64,000 nt of DNA from the human T2T-CHM13v2.0 reference genome, Homo sapiens. Shown piece by piece: positions 40,555 to 57,697 of this stretch. Made by a program: the position numbers and the translations under genes. The first letter of the stretch is position 1; each line of letters starts with the position of its first letter. The notes under the pieces were generated by a model. That model worked only from the letters and a program-made list of their open reading frames with translations. It did no database searches and was not told the origin of the DNA. The stretch lies in assembly GCF_009914755.1 (NCBI RefSeq), contig NC_060931.1. The stretch is one strand, 5' to 3'.

Positions 40555-41448
40555 TATGGGAGGCCGAGGCAAGAAGACTGCTTCACAGTGAGACTATCTC
40601 TACAAAAAATAAAATTAAATTAGCTGAGGCTGGGCGTGGTGGCTCCTGCCTGTAATACTAGCATTCTGGGAGGCCAAGGCGGGTGAATCACTTGAGCCCA
40701 GGAGTTTGACCCCAGCCTGGGCAACATGGCTGTTTCTCTACAAAAAATTAAAAAGCCTGATGTGGTGGCATGCCTGTAGTCCCCCAGCTACTCAGGAGGC
40801 TGACGTGAGGAATGCTTGAGCCCAGGAGGCAGAGGTTGCAGTGAAACAAGATTGCGCCACTATAATCCAGCTTGGGTGACAGAGCCAGACCCTGTCTCAT
40901 AAATAAATAAATAAGTTGGGTGTGGTGGTGCACACCGGTAGTTCTAGTTACTCGAGAGACTGAAGTGGGAGAATTGCTTGAACCTGGGAGTTCGAGGCTA
41001 CAGTGAGCTATGATCACGCTACTACACTCCAGCCTGGGAGACAGAGTGAGACTCTCAAAAAAAAAAAATTCCTGTCACAGTAATTTTTATAATTCACTCT
41101 AAAATTGTTCTCATGGCCTTTTCTGATTATAAAAACACTTCATTTTTAAAAACTTTTTAACTTTTTTAAGACAGAGTCTTGCTCTGTCACCCAGGTTGGA
41201 GTGCAGTGGTGTGATCTTGGCTCACTACAACTTCAGCCTCCGGGGTTCAAGTGATTCTCATGCTGCAGCCTCCTGAGTGGCTGGATTACAGACATGTACC
41301 ACCACGCCTGGATAATTTTTGTATTTTTAGTAGAGATGGGGTTCTGCTGTGTTGGCCAGGCTAGTCTCAAACTCCTGGCCTCATGTGATCTGCCCACCTC
41401 AGCCTCCCAAAGTGGTGGGATTACAGGAGTGAGCCAGCAGGCTTGGCG
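40555..41448. mobile_element. Nested AluJ-in-AluJ (plus, 40555-41068) followed by an inverted AluS (minus, 41162-41448)
   Basis: A left-arm piece, then a full Alu inserted at the linker, then the right arm; an opposite-strand Alu lies ~90 bp away. Confidence 0.8.
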
Positions 41449-41595
41449 AATAATACATGTTTTGGCCACAGTTAAAAATAAAAATAATTTAGAAAGTGAA
41501 TGTTTTCATAAACATATATAAAAATAAGAAAAATAGAACAACTGAGGTAGCTCAGTGGATGTACTTACACCACGTACTAGTTTTTTACACATTTC

Positions 41596-41602
<7 letters not shown>

Positions 41603-41650
<48 letters not shown>
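41603..41650. repeat. (AT)24 microsatellite
   Basis: Perfect run. Confidence 0.97.
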
Positions 41651-41653
<3 letters not shown>

Positions 41654-42964
41654 TGTTTTCCCTTCTAAACAGAAACAGGATATATATTTTGCTACTTACC
41701 TCACTTTTTCACTTGATGCGTCAGGGACTTCTTTCCATGTCAACATAGAGAGTTCTCTCTCAGCTTTTCTAACCGCTGGACAATATTCTATCACATGGTC
41801 AGTATTCCAGTTTAGTCAACCAACCCCTACCAGTGAATAATTAGGTTGTTTCCTTTTTGTTTTTATAAGCAATACAATAAACATCCTTGCAAATAATCTT
41901 TGCATATTGATCTGATTTTCCTTTTTAAAATTATTATTGTAAATTATAACAATATAGGAAAAATGCATAAAAGATACATGCACTAACCGATAAAATAGCA
42001 ATCACAAAGGTCAACAAATGGACTGCAACCAGCACCTCAGAAGCACCCTTATCAAAACACTCGCTCTGTCTTCTAGAAGCAACCACTGTCTTGATGCTGG
42101 TATCCTTTCCAGTAGTTTTATCTCCTGTGTATGCACTCTTCAACAATGTGGTTGAATTCTCAATGTAATCACACTATATATGTGCTTATGTATGAATGTA
42201 AACACACTATATGTACTCTTTTGTGTCTGGTATCTTTGGGCCAACATCATAATGTTTGTGAGATTGATCATATTGCTGAGAGCTGTCCTCTGCTCATTTT
42301 TCCTGCAGCATTCAGAAATTAAAAAAAAACAATTTACTCACCCATTTTACTGTTGAGGAACATTTGGATTTTTTCAATTATATATAATGCTATGAACATT
42401 TACATACATGGCTTTTCATACCTAGGATTGGGATTACTGAGCCACTGGAAACACATATCTTAACTTTAGTAAATCATACCCATCTGTTTTCCAAACTAGA
42501 GAAACCAACTTGTGTTCCCACCAGCACTGCAGTGTATGAGAGTTCCTGTCATCCCACATCCTTGCCAATTCTTGGCATTGTCACGTTTTAATTTTTGCAA
42601 ATCTGTGAGTATATCATAATATCATCTCCTCTTCTCAGAAGTGCCTATTGAAAGCCGTAACTCATACTGAATTGCCTATTTCTGGATACTCACACCTTTG
42701 TAGGTTACAGATAGCAAATGACTTCACTGTCACAGCTGGTGCTATCTTTGAAAATATACAGCAGTTCTTAATTTTATGGGAGTCAAATTATTAATCTTTT
42801 CCTCTTGGATTTGTACTTTTAGTTCTTTAAGAAATTCTCTCCTACATCAAGATCATGAAGATTCTCTCATATATATGTGTATATACATACACACACACAC
42901 ACACGCACACGTTAAATACATGGTTTTGCCTTTCAAATTTGGTCTCTAATCCATTTCAAAGTAA

Positions 42965-42970
<6 letters not shown>

Positions 42971-43014
<44 letters not shown>
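42971..43014. repeat. (GT)22 microsatellite (with a CA tract at 42889-42910)
   Basis: Perfect run. Confidence 0.97.
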
Positions 43015-43016
<2 letters not shown>

Positions 43017-43134
43017 GGTACAATTTCATTGTTCTTTATGTGGTTTGACTACTCTACTTATCTAATTCTGCACCAACACCTCCACTGTATTGAAGTTCTT
43101 AAAAAGATAAATCTTAATATCTGATAATTAGAGA

Positions 43135-43336
43135 AAGGGCTAGCAAACTTTTCCAGTAAACAGCCAAATGGTAAATATTTCAGGCTTTGTGGGTCTAAAG
43201 ACATGTAGCTGTCTTTACTGTATATTCTTTTTTCTCAAGCCTTGAAAAATGTAAAGAACAATCTTATTTCATGGGTGGGCGTACAAAAATAAGCTACATG
43301 AAATTTAGCTTGCAGGCCAAAGTTTGCTAATCTCTG
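43135..43336. mobile_element. MER58A-like hAT-Charlie MITE
   Basis: gggctagcaaacttttccagtaaacagccaaatggtaaatatttcaggctttgtggg ... agtttgctaatctctg. Confidence 0.7.
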
Positions 43337-43379
43337 TGATAGAGCAAGTCCATGTTATTCTTCATCAATAACAACTACA

Positions 43380-43855
43380 ACTTGACATCATTACTCCTCA
43401 AGGGAACGCAAATCAAAACCACAATGAGGAAAAGAAAACAAAGCTCAAAGACTCACAGTTCCCACTTTGAAAACTTACTACAAAGCTACAGTAATCAAAG
43501 TGATGTGTTCCTGGCATAAGCATAGATGTATAGATTGAGAGAATAGAATTTGGAGTCTAGAAATAAACCCACATATCTATGGCCAATTGATTTTCAACAA
43601 GAATGCCATTAAATGGGGAAAGAGGAGACATTTAACAAATTGTGCTAGAACAACTGAGTGTCCACATGTAGAAGAATGGATTTGGACCCCTACCTCAAAC
43701 CATATACAAAAATTAACTCAAAATTTACCAAAAACCTAAATAGAAAATAACTTAAACATAAAAAGAAAATGTAGGTGTAAATCTTAATAACCTTGGATTT
43801 GGCAACAAATTCTTAGCTTTGACACCAAAAGTGAAAACAAAAGAAAAAAGAGATG
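43380..43855 (+). mobile_element. L1M ORF2 fragment
   Basis: acttactacaaagctacagtaatcaa...ggaccccctacctcaaaccatatacaaaaattaactc-like text. Confidence 0.75.
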
Positions 43856-45161
43856 TTAGTCTTCATATTATTTCTTACACATTTCAAACCTTCCATCAGA
43901 AATCACATTCTTCCTGTTTCAAGTGTAGTTCCTATGATTCCTGTTGGGAGGATTTGCTACCCATCAACTCTCTGTGTTTGGAAATGTCTCTGTTCTGCCT
44001 TCTATTTTACAAAACTCAATTAGATTGAGAGTTAAGCTCTCTTGTAGACACCACCTCGAGATATCATTCCACTCTTTCTGGCGCCTGCTGTAGCTTTTGG
44101 GAAGAAAGCTGTCAAACTGTCACTCCTTGAAAGTTCACGTCTACCTTTTTCTGTAGCTGCTTTTAAGATTTTCCTCTTTGTGTTTGGTTTTCTGCAGTTT
44201 TATTATGTCTATAGTGTTTTGGTTTTTTTTTTTTAATCTTGCTTGGGATTCACTGGGTTTCTTGACTGTTTGATATGATTTACCAGCCACCGTCACTTCA
44301 AACATGGTGCTGCCCCGACTTTTCTTCCTGTGACTCAGTGTTAAACGTGCATTACACCTTCTGACCCCATCCTCCTTCCTCCTGACCTTTTATATTCTCC
44401 CTTTTTGTCTCTCAGCTCTACATTCTTGATACTTTCTTCCATTATTTCTTCTAGTTTACTAATACTTTGTTGCCTAACATAGCCATTGAGTTTTTTAGTT
44501 TTAAATGTTCAATTCTAGAATTTCTAGTTTGTTCTTTTAAACATATGCCATGTCACTTTAAATAGTGTCCAGTTTTCTAACTTTTATCTTTAAACAAGTT
44601 AGGGCAGCTGTTTAAAGACCGGTGTCGGAGTCCAATATCTGAAGCATGTAGGTCTGACCTGACCCCACCGTCTGCTGCAGCCTCTGGTTCCAGGCACTGT
44701 GTTGTCTACCTGGGAGTCTGGCTGTCTCTGTGATGCCCCTGCCCCTAAGAAACCATCTGTGGGGAATCTCCATGGTTTAGGGTTAAAGTGTCTTTCCAGA
44801 GAAAGTTGGCTTCTACCAGGCACTTGGGTATGTTATCTGTTTGGTGTCACTTTAAACTGGATCCATCGCACAGGGGTTGCCTGGACTGCCATGGTGCTAG
44901 GTATGTGGGTGACAGGTCTCCCGGGGAGCTGGCCCATGGGTGGGATTTAGTTTGTCTCCTCCCTCTCCCTGCCCTGCTTCTCTGCTGTCCCCTCTTTGTG
45001 CGTATCCTTTCCATTCATCCTCACCCTCTGAGGTCCCCATTCATTACACGGCAGTCTCCTATCAGATCCCCCAACTTCATTTCCACCTCCACTTCGGGAC
45101 CCCCAAAAGATCTGTCAGAAACTGCAGCTCAGGCTCTGCTTCTCCCACCAGGCTCTTGTAA

Positions 45162-46209
<1,048 letters not shown>

Positions 46210-47188
46210 TGACTTTAATTTATGTTTCCACAATGAGTGGCATGGATGATGACCCTCTTCCTTCTTTCCTTCGCTTTCTCCTGGGGATGCATCCCTTGTG
46301 TACTGATTCGCAAGCGCCCTCTCACTCCTTTAGCATACAGAAAACACCTTTGTTATAGGTTGCAATTTTCCCCAAATTTGTCATTTGACTCTTAATTTAT
46401 GTTGACTTTTGCCATACAAATGTTAAAAACGTTTATGTATTCAAATCCATCATTATTTTCCTTTAGGGTTTCTGGTCTTGCTGTCACATAAAGTATTTCA
46501 TTATTAACTCTATTACATCACACATTTTTACCCTGGGCCACTATGTACTGGCTTAAGGATCTATGTTAAAATACTTAACACTTCATTTTTTTCCCCTAGA
46601 GGAGTAGATTTTTAGAGGTTTATAAGTATATAATACTCTTCGTGATTAATGAAATGAAGGGGAAAGGCCAACATCACAGGCAGAAACACATTAAGTTTCT
46701 CACCAGTGCAGGATCCAAGAATAGCAAATACCTCAGCTTCCTGCTTCTGTATCCTCAGGCAAGAGCCACCCCAGAGGAAAAGCAAGTGTCCCACCCGCTC
46801 CAGAGCTGGGATCAGCACCCAAGTAAGCATGAGACTACCCAGGCTACTCTAAATTCTTCTCAAGCCTGTCTGGGTCATTCATTAGCTTTGTCACGTCAGG
46901 CAAATTTCTTCAAGTCTCAGACCTCAAACGGTGTCAATATCAAATAGGATTTGGTAGGGGAATTTCTCAGGTCCTTCTGACTGTAACAGTTAAGAAAGCT
47001 CTGAATCACACTATGGAAGTTAATTTAGCGTGAAAGGTTAAAAACGGTCACACATATATACAGTACCAAACCAAAACTAAGAAAGTAAATTCTGATGGTT
47101 TAATATCTGAAATAACTCTATTTTCTCTAGAAATTATTCACTTATTTCTGACATTGTGACTTATCCTATGAGCTGAAAAGTGATGCGG

Positions 47189-47284
47189 TCTTCATGTGTA
47201 AGTGTATTGTACATGTGCATATACACACACATTTTTCTTCATGTGTAAGTGTATTGTGTATGTGCATACACACACACATTTTTC
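47189..47284. repeat. 47-bp tandem duplication (2 copies)
   Basis: tcttcatgtgtaagtgtattgt..atgtgcata.acacacacattttt repeated with about 3 mismatches. Confidence 0.9.
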
Positions 47285-47314
47285 AGATAAACAAGCTGTG
47301 GTACCTCCATACTA

Positions 47315-47751
<437 letters not shown>

Positions 47752-49441
47752 TCACCAATGCCAGTCTCCTGGTTTTCATCCCGTGCTATAATCCTGTAAG
47801 ATGTCATCATTGGGGGGAGACCAGGTGACACACACAAGGACTATCTGTGTAACTTCCTGTGAATCTGTAATTAGTTCAAAATGAAAAATTGAAAAAAAGA
47901 AAAGGGAGTTGGAAAAAACGGGCGCCTGGCGATAAGACTGGTACGAATCAAAAGATGCTTATTCCCAAAGAAAAATAAAGCAGCAAAGAATGTCAATAGC
48001 CAACTAAGAAGAGAATAAATGTAAATGGCCAATAAACATATGAAAAGAACCAATGATTATGAAAAGTTCGACTTACCAAGCTGGCAAAACTTACAGAAAA
48101 CTAAACGTATAAACATATTATATCTCTGTCTGTCTGTCTATCTATGGAAGACTAAGCATATAGAAGTCTAAAGCCATATAGCTGAGGTATGGGGAAAATC
48201 CTCTCATGCACCTGGTAGGGGCTGGTGCGATTTGCTGACTTTAGTTTTCACTAATTAAACACTAATCGAATGCTTGAGAAGTCAGCTAGTCCGTGACCAG
48301 CACAGACCGGGACTGATGCTGTCCCTGGGGCAGGTGTCTCTGAGCTGCTATAACCTCTCCCTGCCCCATTCAAGATGGTGACTCTGGGCATCCCCAACCC
48401 ACCATGCCCATCTCGAGACCTGAAGGAACGATGGGTGATGGCCTTCATGGGGAGACTGGGGACTCTGGGTCTGAAACATGTCTCCTGGCAGAGAGCCAAG
48501 CCCCCGGCAAGGAAGACACCAGATGCCACTGTGAGTGACACCATGAACACGGGGTTCAGCTCTGTCTGCTCTGCCCTCCAGGGGCAGGGTCCAAACACAC
48601 AGAGGCAGCCTGGGCGTACTCACAAAGACAAGCGGTGGGCTCCCCAGTAAGCACCCCAAATCCACAGACAGAACACAACAACCCTGGGGCTCGCTCTTCC
48701 TCAGGGCGGACACACCAGCAATCCTGAAGCTGTGTGAGCAATAGGCGAGGTGGCCTGTGAATCCCTCCCGGTTCTAGGGTGTCTGGAAACTGATGGCAGC
48801 TCACCGCCTCCGTCACCGTCACCTACATTACTTCAAGAGCCTCCATGGGACCCTCACTTTTATTATCAACATGGCTACCAACGCAATCCTATTTAAGTGT
48901 CAGTCAAACCACAGCACGCCTCTGACCAATTCCTAAGTCCTTCCGGCAGCCCTCAGGCGCCCCTCCACAGGCACCACGAGCTGTCGCCTGTCACCCACCG
49001 CTCTGGCCCACCTCCCGTCAGCCTCCCTGCTGCACTCTGGAGCACGAAGCCTGCTCCCGCCTAGGGGCCTCTGCGCTTGCCATTCTTCCAGCTACAACAC
49101 TCTTCTCCCTTCCCCCAGGCACCCACCATCTTCTGAGCTTTCCGGGAAACGCCACTCTGGGAAGCTACGTTGGTGAGAGCTAAAGCCAAGACACAGAGGC
49201 TTAAACAAGATAGGCTGAAGGCCGCTTCCGTTGTGGGTCCACGCTGACTGCTCAGATTCTTGACACTGGCCAGGCATCGGGAAGGGGGAGAGGCCGGGGG
49301 TAAGTGTCATTTCGCCCCTACAGCAAGGCCCAGCACTCAGTCCCACGGCTATGCTAAACCACAAGAAGGCAGAAAATGTAGTCCAGATTTGTGGTCATCT
49401 TCTCAACTCTGTTACCACGGCAGAGAGAAAACAAATGCCAG

Positions 49442-49732
49442 GGCCGGGCACCATGGCTCACGCCTGGAATCCCAGAGCTTTGGAAGCCAAGGCAGGAGGA
49501 TCACCTGAGGTCAAGAGTTGGAGACCAGCATGGCCAATGTAGTGAAACCCTATCTCTACTAAAAATACAAAAAATTAGCCGGGCATGGTGGCAGGCGCCT
49601 GTAATCCCAGCTGCTCGTGGGAGGCTGAGGGAGAATCGCTTGAACCCAGGAGGCAGAGGTTGCAGTGAGCTGAGATTGTGCCACTGCACTCCAGCCTGGG
49701 CAACAGGGCGAGACTGTCTCCAAAAAAAAAAA
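49442..49732 (+). mobile_element. AluS
   Basis: TSD AAAACAAATGCCAG. Confidence 0.88.
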
Positions 49733-50390
49733 CAAATGCCAGCAAAACCAGAGAGCCAAGAATATGTGGAAGCTGCTCCCATGGCCACCCCATGGATCCA
49801 TCCAGGCTCCCCCAGGCTGCTCAACAGCTCCTCCCCGGGACAGTTTGCTGGCTGTGAGTCCACGCCGCACAGCCTGCCTTGTCGCTGTGGCCAGGTAACT
49901 GTGTTCCCGTTCAGGAGACTTCTGAGGATGTGTTGGACGGCACGTCTAGGAAGTCACTCTAAAAGAAGAGGGGAGCTCTCCCTCCCCACCCTCCTCTGGC
50001 TCATATGCAGCTGAGGACAGGAGCGCACACTCTGGACCGAGCAAGAAAAGACACAACTTATATTCACAACTTAGTTACTACATGTAATTGACTGGCCACA
50101 ATTTCAAAAGTAAGTCATGAAAAACAATAAGTAGTTCCACTTATTCAGGCAATTCTGTACCTAAAGATGCTACCGGCCTGCTCACAGGCCATGTTTGGAG
50201 GAAAGTTAGATAGTGAGGATATTAACTAGGTAGGAAGCAAAGAGCTGTGCAGCCAGGAAAGAAGCAGATGGGGTGATGAACAGTAGGACATGAGGGTAAG
50301 GATCAAGACTACCTCTGCCCTGCTATGACCACACTGCCTCTCTATGGAGCCCAGGAGAGCTCAGCCGGCCTTGCCCCATCTTACCTCCCC

Positions 50391-51003
<613 letters not shown>

Positions 51004-51828
51004 CCTTCAGGCATCTTTTACATGAGTCACAGTGATTTCTGGAAAAACAGCAACTCAGATCTGTGATTTACTGCTCTGACACCTCAGTGGTGCCTCACTA
51101 CTCCCCATAGGTGAGTTCAAACTGCTTGGTACATGTGGCCGCAGAGAACGCTGTGACCTCTGAGACCTGCCTGCACCCACCTTACAGCACACAGACCGGG
51201 TGGCAACATCCCACCCACTGCTCCAGTTAGGCGGCCCCTACTTCTCCAGTGGTGAGGACAGGGATCCAGAGTTCATCCATGCCTAAACCAACCACGCACA
51301 GCATCTCCCTGGCCATGTGCCAGGTCCCCTCCTTGCTCCTGGTGGTGATGTGTGTGTGTGAGGCCTCATTCTGCTGCCATCATTTTGCAGCCACAGAGGA
51401 AGCCAGGCCAAAAAGGAACCAGCACAGAGAAGCCCAGGAAAGCCCAGGAAAGGGCAGAGAAATAGCTCACAGTGCACATAAAGCTACCGCCTGTGTCAGT
51501 TTTTGGCTCACAAAGCGCCTCTGGTTAAGCCAGTTTGAGCTGGGGTTTCTGTGCTTGCATCCACGTGCATGCATACTCTTCTTGCCTAAAGCCTGCTCAA
51601 CTCTGCAGGGCAGCCTCTGGCTGAGCAAGCTTCTGCCCTGCCGGCTGCTTTCCCAGTCCCTGCCTGTGTCTGCTCCCTCTGCCACCTCACTCCGCACTGT
51701 CTCCTGGGTCATTCTACCTGCCTTTAGAAAAGTCTCCTCCAAAGCACCTCTGACCTCCTCCTGCCGGATAGAATTGTCTGCTTTTTTCCTTTATGCTTAA
51801 CATAGCCTGATTATTTTTCAATTACATA

Positions 51829-52559
51829 TTTTTTGAGACAGGGTCTCGCTTTGTTGCCCAGGCTGCAATCAGTGCAGTGGCGCGATCTCAGCTCACTGTA
51901 GCCTGGAACTCCTGGGCTCAAGTGAACCTCCTACCTCAGCCACCGAATAGCTGGAACTACAGGCGCGCAACACCTTGTCTAACCTCAATTATATTTCTTA
52001 CCACATTTATAACAATTATTTGCTTGCATGTCTGTCTGTCCTACCGGCTATGTGAGGAAATGAGACCTGACTTCAGCACAGGGCCTGGCACACAGAAAGG
52101 ACTCACTGAAAGAATACCCTTCCGTGGCACAGAAGGAGGACTATGACATACAAATCCAGGTCACATTCAGGTCAGGATCCACACACCAAAGACACTGATA
52201 TATCTATATCATACCATTCTAATTAACTAGATCCTAAAATTCAAAGGTACACCAAGGCTGGGCCTGGTGGTATGCACCTGTAATCCCAGCACTTTGGAAG
52301 CCCAAGGCAGGAGGATTGCTAGAGCCCAGGAGTTTGAGACTAGCCTGGGCAACATAGTAAGACCTCAATGCTATGAAAAAGAAAAAGTAAAAATTAGCCA
52401 GGTGTGGTGGCACATGCCTGTGATCCCAACTACTCAGTAGGCTGAGGTGGGTGGTTTGCCTGAGCCCAGGAGATCCAGGCTGCAGTGAGCTATGACCACA
52501 CTAGTGTACTCCGGCCTGGAAGGCAGAGCAAGATTGTCCCTTTAAAAAAAAAAAAAAAA
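51829..52559. mobile_element. Alu half (minus, 51829-51985) and AluJ (plus, 52256-52559)
   Basis: Diverged Alu. Confidence 0.8.
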
Positions 52560-53699
52560 GGTAAAGAAATAAATGGTATACTCAAAAGTAGATAATTCAT
52601 CCACATTTGTAGTATGTAGGCAATATCATCCACATACTATATTATAAGCACATTAGTTAATGAGCAAGCTATATTTAAAAATGCTAAATTTTATTTTATT
52701 AAAAAAGAGGACAGACAAGAAGATAATATTTATATTAGTTATACCGATGACCAAAGTCTTTCTGTTGAGCATCCTGCTCTGTCTTACTTAACTGTGTTTT
52801 GGAAGATAAGGTCTAACATGGCGAGATCATCTTCCTTTTAACTGAGCCACAGAAGTGATGCTCATGGGGTGTCTGCTGTCTGTGACCAGCAGTGGACAGC
52901 AATGGCCAGGCATGGCAAGGGGCCAGTGGGGAAGGCGGCCAGGCTGCCTCCCCTATGGAAAGGGAAGATTTCCATCCCCCACCCCGGCCCACCCTGCTCC
53001 TCTCAGAGGAGAAAGGGTCGTCACAAGGTAATCACCAGACACAGCCTTTTTTCCTCCTCTTTTTGTTTCTATCTCTGACTGGAATGGCAGGAAAAAGCAA
53101 GACGGCAGAGGGAACAGGGAGGCGCCTAGTACCTGGCTGACAGCAATTCTCAAAGCAGCTGCAGCTCTTCACAGGGACTGTCAAATGCTGTCAGCTGGGG
53201 AAGAAAGACAAGCAAAAAACAAGGTGATGAAGCATTGCCCTAGAAAAGCTTTGACACTCAGGAAAAGATTGGAAGAGAAACAAGGGTCTACTGCAGGGGT
53301 GGGGGAGGGAGCCCTGGTAACGGTGACTTCAGATGGGTATGGTCTTTCAGTTTTGCTGTAATTGTGTATTTTGACAACAACGACTATTAGGGTCCTACTA
53401 TCTAGCTATTTTAATAAAATGCTCCATCATTTTTTTTGAAGAATAAAAAGAAGGGCAAATGTATAAAGTATAGGAATAACAGTCATGCACCCACCACCCA
53501 ATAAACAAGAATTTCACATCATCATCTCTGCATCTGATTATTACAGACTTTACAAATGCATCACTGACTACAACAGTATATTTTCTGTATCTTCACAAAG
53601 TCTCATGGTCTGAAGCATAAGATCGAACCAAAGGGACGACTACTGACCCACCTGTGGCCACCTTACCCTAATCACCCGCCAAGTGCACGTCTAGATTAA

Positions 53700-53820
53700 A
53701 AGCTCACTCGCTGGAGACAGGCTCATGTTTGGTCTTCTTCACTGCTATATCCCCAGCATGTAGCACCGGGTCTCACACAGTAGGTGATCCATGAATGCAG
53801 AATGAATGAATGAATGAGTG
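53700..53820 (+). mobile_element. LINE2 3' end
   Basis: ttcactgctatatccccagc...cacacagtagg...gaatgaatgaatgaatga. Confidence 0.75.
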
Positions 53821-54843
53821 AAGAAGGGGAGAAACAAGCAGACTGGGCTTTGAGGCCCAAATTTCTCACAGTGATTACCAAGATGATGTGGCCTCAGGCA
53901 CAGCATAACTGGTACGGGCTTACTTCCATGTCGTGACAATACAAGGGCTTGACTTCCTAAATTGGGAGGTCCCTTCCAGCACTGACACCCTGCACTGACG
54001 GAACAGGGCAAAGACAGAAGCCTGTCAAAGCTGCTGCACCATGCCGAATCCCAGACAGAAGCCTCACTCAGTACGATCAGCCCCAGACACTTCTGCTTCC
54101 TTCTTTGGAAAATCCTCAATTTCCATCCAAGTTCTAAATGAATGAGAATCTTCTTTCCCAGACTCTGTGAGTGTATGGGGAAAAGGTGTAAACCTCAATT
54201 TCACATTGAGATACTGACATGTATTTCCCAATTGTTTCTTCCAGCCCTGCTCTTTAGGAGATTAAAATTTCCTTTCTACCGCAACCACATCTTCCACTCT
54301 CTTTTGATTCTTTTACCTTAACTGTTAAAGTTAACTTGAGAAGGAATGTGCAGATGGAAAGGGGCTAGTAAAAACGTCATCCTTAAGATGCCCTGGAGGA
54401 CATTAACATTTACAGGCAAAAGCCTGAGGAGAAACAGGCTATTTGCAGGGTCTCAATGTATCTCCCTAAGATATGTGTTAACAACACAGAGAAAATACTG
54501 ACTTCCCAGTGGAGAAAGGTGGCCAACAGTGCCTCAACCAAGCAACCCAGGCTTGCATCACCAGCCACTGGACAATATCATGCACTTCCTGATCAGATGA
54601 TCTGAGCAGGGCTCAACGGCACGCCTGCGGTTTCTGTGCCAAAAAAATGCATCCCCTCATCCTGATGACGAGAAAATACCAGACAAACCCAAACAGGAAG
54701 ATTCTACACAATACCTGGCCAGTGCTCTGGACATGTCAAGGTCATGAAAGGCAAGGAAAGATCAAGGAGCTATCATGGACTGCAAGAGACCAAGGGGACA
54801 CAATGACTAAACACAATGGGGGATTCCAGGCCAGGATCCAGCA

Positions 54844-54935
54844 GACAGGAGCGCGAGAGGAAGCAGCGGACAGGACGCGAGAGGAAGCAGCGGACAGGAC
54901 GCGAGAGGAAGCAGCGGACAGGAGCGCAAGAGGAA
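54844..54935. repeat. CpG-rich 24-bp minisatellite (~3.7 copies)
   Basis: Unit GACAGGACGCGAGAGGAAGCAGCG. Confidence 0.92.
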
Positions 54936-55087
54936 AGGTGGGTCACATTCAGACAAGGTCTACAGTTAATTGATGCTTTCATACCGATGTCAACTTCTTA
55001 GTTTTAATAGTTGTATAGTGGTTAAGATGTTAACATTAGGGGGACTTGGGAGAAGAATATAAGGAAATTGAACTGAGGGGACTATTA

Positions 55088-55479
<392 letters not shown>

Positions 55480-56496
55480 ACGTTTCCAATAGCAAAATAT
55501 GAAAAACAGTTCAAAAGTACCTCAATGAAAGAAGGAATGGATCCTAGTATCTTTCCACAGTGGAGCATCAGACAGCAGTGAAAAGGGAAGAACCGCTGCT
55601 ATGTGCCTCGCCTGATGAAATTCCAACATGTGGAGTGAAAAAGGCAAGTCACAGAAGCATATATACTATACACTAAGAAATGACTTATATGAAGGTTAAG
55701 AATCAGTAAAACTCAAGACTGTCGTGTTTACAAATAATAAATGGGTATTATGGCAAAATCATAAGAACGGCAAAGGATTCATGACTTCAACTTGACTCTG
55801 GGTGCTAAGGGGGCAAACGGCTGTGAGAGTGAGAGGCATTTCTGGATACCCTGGGTGTGTATTAATATCAGCTGTGCACATTTATGCTGGTTATCAGAAA
55901 AATTGTACATTTTACTTTATATACGGTTAATTTTGAAAGGTAGAAAAAAACAAAAAGCAAACAGGCAAAACCCCCCAGATTTTCTGGTTATAGATTCAGA
56001 CCCCAAATGAATCTAAATAACTGGGCTTTGTGAAGTTTTTAGACCTTAAAACGAAAGGAACAAATCTGAAGGGAACAACTGGGAGGAGTTGGATTTGCTT
56101 CCGAGGCGCTGATCTGAAGGCGTTCGTGAGTTGCCCATACCCACAGGTCCAAAGTGGGAAGCTGTTGTGGGGGGTGTTATTTCCTACTATGAACAAGATC
56201 TCTAAAAAAAACTAAATTTCTCGGGTTGTGCCAATGCTGATGATTCTAAGAACCCTCCGTATTCCCAGAAGAAAGCTATTGATCTTACCTGAGTGGCTCT
56301 TGCTCCTTCCCCTCTTGAGCCTTTTATATAGCATCTGCCTCCATCCCGTGTTTTGGTTGTTGATCATTACAACTTACGGTGATTTAGAGCTTGCTTGGAC
56401 TGTTACACAGTTTTTAAGGAAATTCAACTAACGGTCCAAAATAGTCATGTAAAAAACACACTATCAGGTGCCCAGCAAGAAGGCCTACTCACTCAC

Positions 56497-56712
56497 CAGC
56501 TGAAACTCGCTTCTCCGGCTGAAAGCCTCCCTGATGCCAGAATCCCTCCAGAGTGCGCTCAGGGCCGGGACGTACAGCTGGAAGGTGGCCGGCTCCACAG
56601 GCAGCCCCGCCTTGTTCTCGAAGGCCATCAGGAACATCCCATGCTTCTCATTTTCAGAATACTGCCAAGGAATGCCAAGCTTATCTCGTGCATCAACAAG
56701 AACCCTTGAGCC
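56497..56712 (-). CDS. GNA12: GNA12 exon 2 (Galpha12 helical domain), 72 codons, phase 0/0
   Basis: Reverse strand translates to [72 protein letters not shown], which I recognise as Galpha12. Acceptor is cttctttcttttattttctag|GGC and donor is CTG|gtgagt. Confidence 0.98.
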
Positions 56713-56919
56713 CTAGAAAATAAAAGAAAGAAGAGAGGATTTAATTGCATTCCAAAGACTAAACCACGCTAGAGAAGCTCAAAATGGGCATCCATTGTCA
56801 TAACGCAGAAAACTCACAAGCTCTGAGCTGTGCAGCCTGAGTCTGTCTCTTGGTTTGTTTGTTGTGATGTGGAAAGTCTTAACTCTCAGCAGTATAACCT
56901 CACCAAGACAGACGCACAT

Positions 56920-57697
<778 letters not shown>

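Noticed and set aside
49391-50014. 207-aa ORF and the many similar Alu-frame ORFs
   Set aside because: These are translations of Alu consensus ([26 protein letters not shown]), not genes.
51249-51800. 183-aa plus-strand ORF
   Set aside because: GTG start, overlap with decayed LTR/L2-like sequence, and no recognisable homology.
54844-54935. CRISPR-like array
   Set aside because: The units are head-to-tail with no unique spacers, there are no cas genes, and this is a eukaryotic intron.
54647-54973. ORF with REEAADRT repeats
   Set aside because: An artefact of the 24-bp minisatellite within an L1 relic.
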